Assembly (NCBI GenBank): GCA_934101115.1
Contig: CAKOPW010000009.1
Coordinates: forward strand, 677 to 64,676
Origin: an uncultured Bacilli bacterium
GTDB taxonomy: Bacteria > Bacillota_I > Bacilli_A > RF39 > UBA660
Direction: 5' to 3'
Length of the DNA: 64,000 bases
The translations under genes were made by a program, and so were the position numbers. Below, piece by piece: positions 27,179 to 36,417 of the stretch (within the stretch, counting starts at the first letter, position 1; each line of letters begins with the position of its first letter). The notes below the pieces were generated by a model. It was not told the origin of the DNA and ran no database searches. It saw only the letters and a program-made list of their open reading frames with translations.

Positions 27179-27820
27179 ATGAATAAGTATGTGTATCGTA
27201 GGATATCAGCATTTTTAATAGATATTTTTTTAGTAACATTTGTATCAACTATATTTTCGTCAATACCATATGTTAATCCATTTATTGATAATTATAAAGA
27301 TGCTTATGATGAATATAGAGAAGTTTATAAATCAGAAAGTGAAAGTGTGTTAACAAATCCAACTCTTAAAAATGTTATTGATTATTCAAGTAAAATGAGT
27401 AAGCAAATACATAATATGGATTATTCGTTGCTTTTCAATAATATATATTATTTAGTTTTTAGCTTTTTATATTTTGTTTTGTTTGCATATTTTACTGGTG
27501 GACAAACTCTTGGTAAAAAAATGTTTAAATTAAAAGTTGTGAAGTATGATGGTAGTAAAGTAAAACTATCTAATCTAATGTTGAGGACACTTTTTAGTGG
27601 ATCAAGTATTTTTATGGGAGTTAATATTATTGTATTTATCCAATTATTGTTTTTAATGATTAATCAAAATCAAGTATATTTCTATGCTATTTTATTTTCT
27701 TCAATGATTTCTTATGTTATTGAAATTGTTGGATTTGCATTATTGTTCTCAAAAGAGCATCGTTCTCTAGATGATATAATTGGATCTACTAAAGTAGTTG
27801 ATGAGGTAAAGTATGTATAA
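27179..27820 (+). CDS. RDD-family membrane protein
   Basis: N-terminal YRRISAFLIDIF and C-terminal HRSLDDIIGSTKVV bracket the TM helices. Confidence 0.65.
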   Translation: MNKYVYRRISAFLIDIFLVTFVSTIFSSIPYVNPFIDNYKDAYDEYREVYKSESESVLTNPTLKNVIDYSSKMSKQIHNMDYSLLFNNIYYLVFSFLYFVLFAYFTGGQTLGKKMFKLKVVKYDGSKVKLSNLMLRTLFSGSSIFMGVNIIVFIQLLFLMINQNQVYFYAILFSSMISYVIEIVGFALLFSKEHRSLDDIIGSTKVVDEVKYV

Positions 27821-28649
27821 AATTATAAAAAATAAAGAAATAGCAAAGAATGTATTTGAGTTAGTGGTTGAAAATGAATTAATTGCAAGTCATTTTAAAC
27901 CTGGCCAATTTGTTGTTGTAATGCCAAATGAAACATCGGAAAAAATACCATTAACAATATATAAAACTGAAGGAATTAATGTATCAATGATTTATCAAGT
28001 TGTAGGTAAAACAACGTATGATTTGTCAAAAAAGAATGATTATATTTTTTCCATATTGGGTCCACTTGGAAAACCATCAATTATTTTAAATATGGATGTT
28101 AAAAAGGTTTTATTTGTAGCTGGTGGAGTTGGAATTGCCCCTGTCATTCCTCAAGCTGTTGAATTAAAAAAACGTGGTATTACGTGTGATTTAATTTATG
28201 GGATGAAAACAATTGGAAATTGTATTTTAAAGGATGATATTGATAAGTGTTTTGATAATACTTTAATAGTAACGGAGGATAACACAGCTGATCATATCGG
28301 ATTTGTTACAGATTATGTTGATGATTTAGGTTATGATTTTATAATAACTATTGGACCAGTAATAATGATGAAGAAGGTTGTAGAAATTGCCGAAAAGTTA
28401 AAAGTTCCTTCAATAGTAAGCATGAATCCTATAATGATTGATGGTACAGGAATGTGTGGGGCTTGTCGTTTGTTCTACGATGGAATTGTTCATTATGCAT
28501 GTATAGATGGTCCAGAATTCATTGGAGCAAAAGTTGATTTTGATTCAGTTATTAAAAGAATGGATATGTATAAAACGATTGAAGGAAGAAAGTATCTTGA
28601 AGAGATTGAAGGAGATACTCATCATGGAGGTTGTGGTAACTGTGAATAA
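27813..28649 (+). CDS. nfnA: sulfide/dihydroorotate dehydrogenase-like FAD/NAD-binding protein (NfnA/PyrK-like)
   Basis: FNR-like fold pattern (GQFVVV, VAGGVGIAP) and a C-terminal 2Fe-2S Cys cluster (GMCGACRL...C). Confidence 0.7.
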   Translation: MYKIIKNKEIAKNVFELVVENELIASHFKPGQFVVVMPNETSEKIPLTIYKTEGINVSMIYQVVGKTTYDLSKKNDYIFSILGPLGKPSIILNMDVKKVLFVAGGVGIAPVIPQAVELKKRGITCDLIYGMKTIGNCILKDDIDKCFDNTLIVTEDNTADHIGFVTDYVDDLGYDFIITIGPVIMMKKVVEIAEKLKVPSIVSMNPIMIDGTGMCGACRLFYDGIVHYACIDGPEFIGAKVDFDSVIKRMDMYKTIEGRKYLEEIEGDTHHGGCGNCE

Positions 28650-29892
28650 TAAATATGATTTTTCTGAAGTAAAAAAAGATATTAGTTATGAAGAAGCTGC
28701 TTCTTTAAGCAATCATTGTTTGAACTGCAAAAATCCGATGTGTAAAAAAGGGTGTCCTTTGGAAATTGATATTCCTGATTTTATTTCTGCAATAAAAAAT
28801 GAAGAATATGAGCGTGCTTATGAAATTATTAGTCAAAAGAGTGTAATGCCAGAAGTTTGTGGACGTGTTTGCCCACAAGAACTTACTTGTGAAGCCAAGT
28901 GTATTCGTGGTCTAAGAGGCGAAAGTGTTAAAATAGGAAATCTTGAAAGATTTGCAAGTAACTATAAAACTCCAATCAAGGTTAAGCCAAGTAATGGTTT
29001 AAAAGTTGCTGTTGTTGGTTCTGGTCCATTTGGTTTGAGTTCAGCATATCATCTAAGAAGAGAAGGATTTGATGTAACTGTTTTTGAATCAAGTCATGTA
29101 TTAGGTGGAGTTTTAATCTATGGAATTCCTGAATTTCGTCTACCTAAAAGAATTGTTGATGATATAATTGAAAAACTTAAAAATATGGGTGTTATATTTA
29201 AAACAGATGTTTTAATTGGAGCAACAATTCCAATTGATGAATTAAAAAAGAATTTTGATTACATCTTTTTAGGAACTGGCGCTGGTGTACCTAAAATGTT
29301 TGATATTCCTGGAGTTATGTCTAAAAATGTGATGAGTGCAAATGAACTTTTAACAAGAATAAATGTGATGCATGCTCCAAACTCGGATACTCCTTTAATA
29401 ATTCCTAAAAAAGTAGTAGTTATTGGTGGAGGGAATGTAGCTTGTGATGCTGCAAGATCTTTAGTTCGTCTTGGAAGTGATGTAACTATTTGTTACCGAA
29501 AAAGTGAAGAATTTTTAAAGATGCGTAAAGAAGAATATGAACATGCTAAAATGGAACATGTAAACTTTATCTTTAATGCAGAGCCAGTAAGAATTGAAAC
29601 TGATAAAAGTTTTGCAGTCAATAAATGTGTGTTTAAAATAGCTAAAAAACAAGAAAAAATTGAATGTGATATGGTTGTTATCGCGATTGGAACAACTCAT
29701 AATGACTTGATTCCACGTTTAAGTGGCATTAAATCTGACGAATTTTATAGAATTGAAGCAAATGAATTCGTTACAAGTGATGAACGAGTATTTGCTGGTG
29801 GGGATGCAACAAGAGGCAATGCAACAGTGATTGATGCTTTAAGTGATGGCTTAAAAGCAGTAGAAAAATTAATGCAAATGATAAAAAAATAG
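28624..29892 (+). CDS. nfnB: NADPH-dependent glutamate synthase small-chain-like oxidoreductase (NfnB/GltD-like)
   Basis: N-terminal 4Fe-4S Cys motifs (CLNCKNPMCKKGCP, CGRVCP), two Rossmann motifs (VVGSGPFGLS, VIGGGNVACD) and GGD near the C-terminus. ATG 28624 lies behind gaaggag; the listed 28507 start runs inside nfnA. Confidence 0.8.
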   Translation: MEVVVTVNNKYDFSEVKKDISYEEAASLSNHCLNCKNPMCKKGCPLEIDIPDFISAIKNEEYERAYEIISQKSVMPEVCGRVCPQELTCEAKCIRGLRGESVKIGNLERFASNYKTPIKVKPSNGLKVAVVGSGPFGLSSAYHLRREGFDVTVFESSHVLGGVLIYGIPEFRLPKRIVDDIIEKLKNMGVIFKTDVLIGATIPIDELKKNFDYIFLGTGAGVPKMFDIPGVMSKNVMSANELLTRINVMHAPNSDTPLIIPKKVVVIGGGNVACDAARSLVRLGSDVTICYRKSEEFLKMRKEEYEHAKMEHVNFIFNAEPVRIETDKSFAVNKCVFKIAKKQEKIECDMVVIAIGTTHNDLIPRLSGIKSDEFYRIEANEFVTSDERVFAGGDATRGNATVIDALSDGLKAVEKLMQMIKK

Positions 29893-29908
29893 ATTTGGAA
29901 GTGAGAAT

Positions 29909-30490
29909 ATGAATAAGAAAAGTATTTTAGTAGTTATAGCTATTCTTTTATTTATCATTATTTGTGGTTATTTAACTGGTAAAAATGATAAAGTGGCAGA
30001 TGAATATCTAAGCGGTAAATATAATATAGAAATAAAGATAAAAGACTATGGAACAATAGATGCAACACTTGATGCTGATGTAGCCCCAATAACAGTTACA
30101 AACTTTGTTGATTTGGTTAAAAGTGGATATTATACAGGCTTAAAATTTCATCGTATAATTGATGGTTTTATGATGCAAGGTGGAGCAGGAGATACAAGAA
30201 AAACAATAAAAGGTGAGTTTTCAAGCAATGGTGTTACGAACAATATTAGTCATGTTCGTGGAACAATTTCTATGGCTCGTAGCAGTGATCCGGATTCCGC
30301 ATCAACTCAATTTTTTATAGTTCAAAGCGATTCAACTTATTTGGATGGAAATTATGCCGCATTCGGTACAGTAACAAGTGGCATGGATGTCGTTGATAAG
30401 ATTTGTAAGAATGTTGATGTTGAAGATAACAACGGAACGGTTGCCGAAAAAAATCAACCAGTAATTGAATATATAAAAGTAATTGAGTAG
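29909..30490 (+). CDS. cyclophilin-type peptidyl-prolyl cis-trans isomerase, membrane-anchored/secreted
   Basis: FHRIIDGFMMQGG, SMARS, STQFFI motifs and an N-terminal hydrophobic helix. Confidence 0.85.
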   Translation: MNKKSILVVIAILLFIIICGYLTGKNDKVADEYLSGKYNIEIKIKDYGTIDATLDADVAPITVTNFVDLVKSGYYTGLKFHRIIDGFMMQGGAGDTRKTIKGEFSSNGVTNNISHVRGTISMARSSDPDSASTQFFIVQSDSTYLDGNYAAFGTVTSGMDVVDKICKNVDVEDNNGTVAEKNQPVIEYIKVIE

Positions 30491-30497
30491 GTGAGTT

Positions 30498-32345
30498 ATG
30501 AAAAAAATAAAAAATGCTGAATTAATTTGTTATTTAATCATGTTTATTTCTTTTTTTTCAATCTGTATATTTACTGATGCTTTTACTCGTGACTTAATAA
30601 ATTTAAACAGCTACTATTTTAATGGAATTCATTATCGTATTCTTTGGGCTTTGTTTTCTATATCTTGGGTAATTTTATTTTTACTCATCTTGTATCTTAT
30701 TCCTGAAAAATATCGTTATAATGTGTTTATTATTATGAATATTGTAATTGATGCTGTATTCTTTGCTCAAATATGTTATGTTCAATCTTTGGGTAAGTTT
30801 ATGATTTTCTCTGACCTTTTTGTTGCTGGTGAAGGGTTACAATATGTACATTCAATATTTGCAAATATGAGTGTTGGTATGCTTTTAACAATTGCATTTA
30901 CCTTTATATGTATGATTGCTGTTAAAGTATTAAGTAAATATGATGAAGATGGAGAAAAGAAACCTAAACTAGTTGTCATTCTTATATTGATTGCTGTAAG
31001 TTTACTTTTTAAAACAACTGGTTACATTTTGCTTGGAAGTAATAAAAATGTTAGAACTTGGGAAGAAAACTATAATGCAAAAAGTATTTATTTTAATTAC
31101 ACAAATCCCAATGCATCGATGTTTATAAGCGGATTTTACGAATATAATGTACGTGCTATATATAAATATTTTTATAATCTACTAACTCTTGATAAAAGCG
31201 CACTTAAGAGTAAAATTGATGAATATAATAATATTTATGGAGTTGAATCTAAAGATAATGATTATACGGGGATATTTAAAGGCAAAAATGTTATTTATAT
31301 AATGATGGAAAGTGTTGATAATTGGGTAATTGATGAAGAAACAGCTCCAACTTTATATAAACTTAGTCAAACAGGTTTAAACTTTACAAATCGATATTCA
31401 CCATTTTTTAATGGAGGTCAAACAATAAATTCAGAGTTTGCTTGTAATACAGGAATGTATGCGATAAGTGATAAAGAAACAATATATGATAAAGATGATA
31501 TTAGTTATCCATATAGTATTGCTAATATGCTAAAGAAAAACGGATATCGAGTAGCAAGTTTTCATGCAAATACTAAAACTTTTTATAATCGTGGAGAGTT
31601 TCATAAACGTTTAGGTTATGATATGCATTACTCAGCTTATGATCTTCAAGCTTCAGGTTTACTTGATAAAGATAAAAATTATTTCAGTGATTATAATTTT
31701 ATAAGCGATGATAACCTATATGATCTTATGGTAAGCGACAAACCATTCTTTACATTCTTTACAACATATTCTGGACATTTGGAATATAATACAAATAATA
31801 AAGTATATAAATCTATAAAAAACAAAACTTTGTCAAAAAAGAAATATAGTGAAGAAGAATATGTCTATAGAACTTTAGTTCATGATACAGATGACGCTAT
31901 TAAAACTTTAATTGAAAAGTTAGAAAAGAGTAAACTTTTGGATAAAACTGTTTTAGTATTAGTAAGTGATCATTATGTATATGGATATTCTGATACTGAT
32001 TATGTTGCTATGAAAAAGAACAAGTTAAACGATCGTAAAGAGCTTCAAAATACGCCGTTTATTATTTGGTCAAAGGACATTGAAGCTAAAACTATTGATA
32101 CAATACTTGATACAGCTGATATTTTACCAACACTTCTTAATATGTTGGATATAGCATATGATCCTAAGAATTATCTTGGTGATGATGTGTTCTCATCAAG
32201 TCATGATGATTTTGTGTGGTTTTCAGATGGAACGTTTATAAAAAGTTCCGATTGTGATTTGAGTGATGAATCAATTTTGACTAAAGTAAATTATAATATA
32301 AATAAAAATAGAGATATCTTGTTAACAAATTATTATGGAAAGTAG
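30498..32345 (+). CDS. LTA synthase family protein (sulfatase-domain phosphoglycerol transferase)
   Basis: Five N-terminal TM helices plus an extracellular sulfatase-like domain (YIMMESVDNW, SDHY). Confidence 0.8.
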   Translation: MKKIKNAELICYLIMFISFFSICIFTDAFTRDLINLNSYYFNGIHYRILWALFSISWVILFLLILYLIPEKYRYNVFIIMNIVIDAVFFAQICYVQSLGKFMIFSDLFVAGEGLQYVHSIFANMSVGMLLTIAFTFICMIAVKVLSKYDEDGEKKPKLVVILILIAVSLLFKTTGYILLGSNKNVRTWEENYNAKSIYFNYTNPNASMFISGFYEYNVRAIYKYFYNLLTLDKSALKSKIDEYNNIYGVESKDNDYTGIFKGKNVIYIMMESVDNWVIDEETAPTLYKLSQTGLNFTNRYSPFFNGGQTINSEFACNTGMYAISDKETIYDKDDISYPYSIANMLKKNGYRVASFHANTKTFYNRGEFHKRLGYDMHYSAYDLQASGLLDKDKNYFSDYNFISDDNLYDLMVSDKPFFTFFTTYSGHLEYNTNNKVYKSIKNKTLSKKKYSEEEYVYRTLVHDTDDAIKTLIEKLEKSKLLDKTVLVLVSDHYVYGYSDTDYVAMKKNKLNDRKELQNTPFIIWSKDIEAKTIDTILDTADILPTLLNMLDIAYDPKNYLGDDVFSSSHDDFVWFSDGTFIKSSDCDLSDESILTKVNYNINKNRDILLTNYYGK

Positions 32346-32352
32346 GAAGAAT

Positions 32353-32955
32353 ATGAAAAATACAAAAGAAATAATTTTATTTTATGATAAAACACCTGAT
32401 TTTAATTTAACCGATATAGCTAAGGAAATATTAAGCAGATACGAATGTTTAGGAGAGCCAACTATTATTCCTAGAAATGAAAATAATACTTTCTTAGTTG
32501 TGTTCAATAAAAATTCAGAATTTCAAATTGAAATAAACGATAAAAATGTTTTAATAGTTATGAAACATAGCTATTTTAATGATCTTAACTCAATTGTTTT
32601 TGACGTCGTTGATGCCTTTGAAATGTTTAGTACTAAATTTTCTAGAATGGGATATATTTCTTCAAATTTTGAATCACCATTAAAGATTGAAAAAGCAAAA
32701 GAAAAATACTTACAAGTTGATGAATTTAAAGATGTTTTAGAACTTAATTTAAGTTGGTATAGAAAAATAGATTTTAGATCATCATATATTAATTGTTGGG
32801 AAAGAGTAATTACAGATACTGTTAATTTTAAAGATTTGTTATTACAATATGATATAAATACTATAGTAGGTGAAAAAGTAGACATCGACATGAAATTTAT
32901 TAAAGAGTTTTTTAAAACAGCAGACGATTATATAGAAAAGAGAATAGACTTTTAA
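32353..32955 (+). CDS. hypothetical protein
   Basis: ATG 32353 lies behind aggaag. About 200 aa, soluble, no family recognised. Confidence 0.45.
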   Translation: MKNTKEIILFYDKTPDFNLTDIAKEILSRYECLGEPTIIPRNENNTFLVVFNKNSEFQIEINDKNVLIVMKHSYFNDLNSIVFDVVDAFEMFSTKFSRMGYISSNFESPLKIEKAKEKYLQVDEFKDVLELNLSWYRKIDFRSSYINCWERVITDTVNFKDLLLQYDINTIVGEKVDIDMKFIKEFFKTADDYIEKRIDF

Positions 32956-33395
32956 TGGTTAAAAAGTTTTTATCAATCATTATAGTTCTTGTATGGTGTA
33001 CTTTAATATTTGGTTATTCAAATCAAAATGGAGATGTTTCAAAAGGTACTTCAGATAAAGTTGTTAACTATATTGGAGATGTTTTTAAAATAAAAGAAGA
33101 AAATCGTGAAAAATTGACGTTTCCAGTTAGAAAATGTGCTCACTTTTTTGTCTATTTTGTACTAGGATTTTTAGTAATTAACATGTTTAAAACTTTTGAT
33201 GTTAAAACATCTCATGCAATTATTATTTCAATTATTTTTTGTATGATTTTTGCTGGAAGCGATGAACTACATCAATTATTCGTTAAGGCTCGCACAGCTA
33301 AAGTTAGTGATGTTTTACTTGACTCAAGTGCATCTATATTTGGAATATATTTATATTATTTATTGATTAGAGGCAAATATGAAAAAGGGGTATAA
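32955..33395 (+). CDS. VanZ-family membrane protein
   Basis: RKCAHFFVYFVLGFL and DELHQLFV motifs; 4 TM helices. Confidence 0.7.
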   Translation: MVKKFLSIIIVLVWCTLIFGYSNQNGDVSKGTSDKVVNYIGDVFKIKEENREKLTFPVRKCAHFFVYFVLGFLVINMFKTFDVKTSHAIIISIIFCMIFAGSDELHQLFVKARTAKVSDVLLDSSASIFGIYLYYLLIRGKYEKGV

Positions 33396-33921
33396 TTTCT
33401 TACTTGCAGTTATATTTAGTTTAACAATAATTGTTAGCTCTTTTTCTTTAACTGTAATGTCTAAAAGATTACAATTAAAAGCTGTTAATAAAAGTGAAGT
33501 AATAAATAAAATATCCATTGAAACTAAAGTAGATAAGGATATTATAAAGAAAGATTTAAAAGATTATATAAACTCAAAGTATAAAGCAGTTGATTATGAA
33601 AATAAAAAGTATGAAAAAAATATTAATTTCTTTTTAATTAATGACTATAAAAATATAATCTATGCAGTAACGATAATTTTAGTAATTGTTACAGGATATT
33701 TATTCAACAAAACGAAAAAGATGCATAATATTTATATTATACTTTTAATAACATCTTTCTTTTTAGTGGTTTTTTATGGAACTATTTATATAACTATTGA
33801 TGTAAACCTTATATTTAATTACCTTTTAAATATTTATTTACATTTTATATTAATTATAGCAGATATATTTTTTATTCTAGGAATTGTTAATAAACATAAA
33901 AATACCTCAACTAACTGCTGA
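33379..33921 (+). CDS. hypothetical membrane protein
   Basis: N-terminal and C-terminal TM helices; overlaps the VanZ gene by 17 nt. Confidence 0.45.
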   Translation: MKKGYNFLLAVIFSLTIIVSSFSLTVMSKRLQLKAVNKSEVINKISIETKVDKDIIKKDLKDYINSKYKAVDYENKKYEKNINFFLINDYKNIIYAVTIILVIVTGYLFNKTKKMHNIYIILLITSFFLVVFYGTIYITIDVNLIFNYLLNIYLHFILIIADIFFILGIVNKHKNTSTNC

Positions 33922-33967
33922 GGAATAAAATCAGTCCATTATGGGAAAATATAATTGTGGTGATTAT

Positions 33968-34204
33968 ATGACTGGAATGGACGAAAATTATGTTTACTAT
34001 TTAGTTAGTAGAAATTTAAGAAGAATTAGAAAAGAAAAAGGATTAACTCAAGAAAAGCTTGCAGAGTTAAGCAATTATTCAGTTGGATTTATTATGAATA
34101 TTGAAAGTGAAAAATATTATCAAACTTTTTCTTTAGGAACTTTATGGCAATTTGGTAAAGCTCTAAATGTAGATATAAGAGAATTCTTTAAACCACTAGA
34201 TTAG
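33968..34204 (+). CDS. XRE-family helix-turn-helix transcriptional regulator
   Basis: LRRIRKEKGLTQEKLAELSNYSVGFIMNIE is a Cro/C1-type HTH. The start is uncertain (33941, 33968 or 33977). Confidence 0.65.
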   Translation: MTGMDENYVYYLVSRNLRRIRKEKGLTQEKLAELSNYSVGFIMNIESEKYYQTFSLGTLWQFGKALNVDIREFFKPLD

Positions 34205-34216
34205 TCTAGTGGTTTT
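34190..34216. terminator. shared bidirectional hairpin between convergent genes
   Basis: aaaccactaga (34190-34200) pairs with tctagtggttt (34205-34215) around loop ttag. The hairpin embeds both stop codons. Confidence 0.5.
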
Positions 34217-34907
34217 ATAGTTCAATATTTTTCTTTTTACATTCACGATATATTTTAGAAATAGCTCTTTTTTCTATTCTTGAAACATAGGATCTAGAAA
34301 TATGCATTTGGTCGGCAATTTCTTTTTGAGTTAATTCATCAAAATCAAATAAACCATATCTTTTGATTATAATATCTTTTTCACGAGGAGTTAAAATATT
34401 TAGATACTTATCAATATTGCTTATATTGTCGTTGCGATGAAGAACTTCTGCTATGTCTTCATCGTCAGATTTTATAACATCCATTAAACTTATTTCATTT
34501 CCTTCAGAATCATGTCCAATTGCATCATTTAAAGAAACGTTGTTTAAATTCTTTTTATTGCTTCTGAAATACATTAGAATTTCGTTTTCGATACAGCGAG
34601 CTACATAAGTTGTAAGCTTATTTTTTTTATCCGGTTTAAAAGAGTCAATTCCTTTAATTAAACCGATTGTTCCTATACTAATTAAATCGTCGTTTATTTT
34701 TTCGATTCTTTCAAATTTCTTTACAATATGAGCAACAAGTCTTAGATTATGTTCAATTAATTTAGCTCTTGCATCTTTATCACCATTAATCATTTTATCG
34801 ATTAGTTTTTCTTCTTCTTCTTTTGATAATGGATTAGGAAAAACGTTTATAGAGTAGGATCCTGTTGAAAATGATAAAAGATTTAATAAATGTATTAAAA
34901 ATAACAT
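34215..34907 (-). CDS. sigK: sporulation sigma factor SigK (pro-sigma-K, uninterrupted)
   Basis: Pro-sequence followed by NVFPNPLS, LIEHNLRLVAHIVKKF, ISIGTIGLIKGI, EGNEISLMDV and ISRSYVSRIEKRA, closely matching B. subtilis SigK. ATG 34907 lies behind aggtgat. Confidence 0.85.
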   Translation of the reverse strand: MLFLIHLLNLLSFSTGSYSINVFPNPLSKEEEEKLIDKMINGDKDARAKLIEHNLRLVAHIVKKFERIEKINDDLISIGTIGLIKGIDSFKPDKKNKLTTYVARCIENEILMYFRSNKKNLNNVSLNDAIGHDSEGNEISLMDVIKSDDEDIAEVLHRNDNISNIDKYLNILTPREKDIIIKRYGLFDFDELTQKEIADQMHISRSYVSRIEKRAISKIYRECKKKNIEL

Positions 34908-35015
34908 AACATCACCTAGTAAATTCAATGATTGCTTGTCAAATAATATGAATATAAAATGTAAATAACTTGATAAATAATAGACAATAAATTATAATTT
35001 AGATAGGTGATTTGT

Positions 35016-35744
35016 ATGAAAAAAAATAGCATACTACTAATAATGTTTATATCTTTATTTTTTATTTTTGATAAAAATGTATTTGCAGCATGTAAAGATT
35101 TTGGAAATTTTGGATCAGCAGCTTGTCTAGCTGAAAGTGAAGATGGATTTAAGTGTGAATATAATGCTAGTAGAAAAGGTGGAGCTAGGTGTTATAAAAG
35201 CAAAAATTTAAGTGACGACAAAATTTCAGAAATTGGTTCAACAATTAATAGTTGCTCCGAAATTAAAGAAGGTTCTGAGGTTTGCAATAAAACTAAAATT
35301 AATGGAATTCAATGCTTTTATTCTCATGGAGTTTGTACGAATAAGACTGATTCTGATGGCTCTGGAGAAACAATAGTGGATGGAACAGTGGTTAAAGAGG
35401 GTGAAAAAACTGAAATAAAAAAAGATACTGATAGTGAATATTATACTGGATGTCCTTTAGGAGTTAATGTAACTAAAGACATTTATGGCCTTTTAAAAAT
35501 ATTAAAAATAGTTGTACCAATTTTGGTTATTGGTTTAACTATATTAGAAGGTGTTAGAGCTGTAGCTAAAGGTGAAATTGTTGGAGAGGAAAAGAAACTT
35601 GCAATAAGATTTGTTAAAAGATTAATAATAGCAGTTATATTATTTTTCCTACCAGTACTTGTTAATCAAATTATGATAATGGCAAACATTTGGGATGAAA
35701 ACGGAACTTGTGATTTTAGTAAGACAGCAGAAGTAAGCAATTAG
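35016..35744 (+). CDS. secreted Cys-rich protein with a C-terminal two-helix membrane hairpin
   Basis: Signal peptide (..NVFA/AC). Eight Cys in the first ~90 mature residues with an internal duplication. Two C-terminal TM helices are separated by a charged loop (AKGEIVGEEKK). Confidence 0.55.
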   Translation: MKKNSILLIMFISLFFIFDKNVFAACKDFGNFGSAACLAESEDGFKCEYNASRKGGARCYKSKNLSDDKISEIGSTINSCSEIKEGSEVCNKTKINGIQCFYSHGVCTNKTDSDGSGETIVDGTVVKEGEKTEIKKDTDSEYYTGCPLGVNVTKDIYGLLKILKIVVPILVIGLTILEGVRAVAKGEIVGEEKKLAIRFVKRLIIAVILFFLPVLVNQIMIMANIWDENGTCDFSKTAEVSN

Positions 35745-35820
35745 AATTTTTCGTAGAATTATATTGCTTTATTTGATTTTTTATGTGTTGTCTATATAAA
35801 AATGATTTTATAAGTTAAAG

Positions 35821-35851
35821 AATAATAGTGAAAAAACTATTATTTTTTTTT
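35821..35851 (+). terminator. rho-independent terminator
   Basis: Stem aataatagt (35821-35829) pairs with actattatt (35836-35844), followed by a T-run. Confidence 0.6.
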
Positions 35852-35883
35852 GATGTTTATTATGCTAAAATATAGTATATGAG

Positions 35884-36417
35884 GTGGATGAAGTGATAGA
35901 TAAGTTTGTTCCAGATAAATATTTTAAAAGCATATATGATATAAATTATGAATTGTTAAAAAAAACTGGTGTTAAATGTTTAGTTTTTGATATTGCTAAT
36001 ACACTAATGCCAGAGACTTCTACTAAACCAAGTAAAAAAGTAAAAGATTTATTTGAAGACCTTAAGGATATGGGATTTAAAATTATACTTTTAAGCAATA
36101 ACTTTAAGAGAAATGTTGAGTCATTTAAAGAAGAATTATGTGTGGATTCAGCTTATCTTTCATTTAAGCCGTTTAAGTTTAAGTATAAGAAAATTGTTAA
36201 ATTATTTGATTTTAAAGATACAGAAATTGCTTGTATAGGGGACCAACTCCTATATGATATTTTGGGGGCAAACAGGATGAATTTCACATCAATACTTGTT
36301 AATCCAATAAGTGTTGATGAATATGCAGTTTCTAAATTAAATAGAAAATTGGAGAACTTAATTATAAAAAGAATAACAAAAAAAGATTTATTTAAAAAAG
36401 GAAGATATTATGAATAA
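35884..36417 (+). CDS. yqeG: YqeG-family HAD-IIIA phosphatase
   Basis: FVPDKYFKSIYDI..ELLKK.GVK.L.FDIANTL aligns with the B. subtilis YqeG N-terminus. Sits upstream of yqeH, as in Bacillus. The start may be GTG 35893. Confidence 0.75.
   Translation: MDEVIDKFVPDKYFKSIYDINYELLKKTGVKCLVFDIANTLMPETSTKPSKKVKDLFEDLKDMGFKIILLSNNFKRNVESFKEELCVDSAYLSFKPFKFKYKKIVKLFDFKDTEIACIGDQLLYDILGANRMNFTSILVNPISVDEYAVSKLNRKLENLIIKRITKKDLFKKGRYYE

Noticed and set aside
28507-28623. Long N-terminal extension of the NfnB-like ORF as listed in the track.
   Set aside because: The extension lies in an alternative frame of the nfnA 3' end. An ATG with a GAAGGAG RBS at 28624 gives a normal N-terminus.
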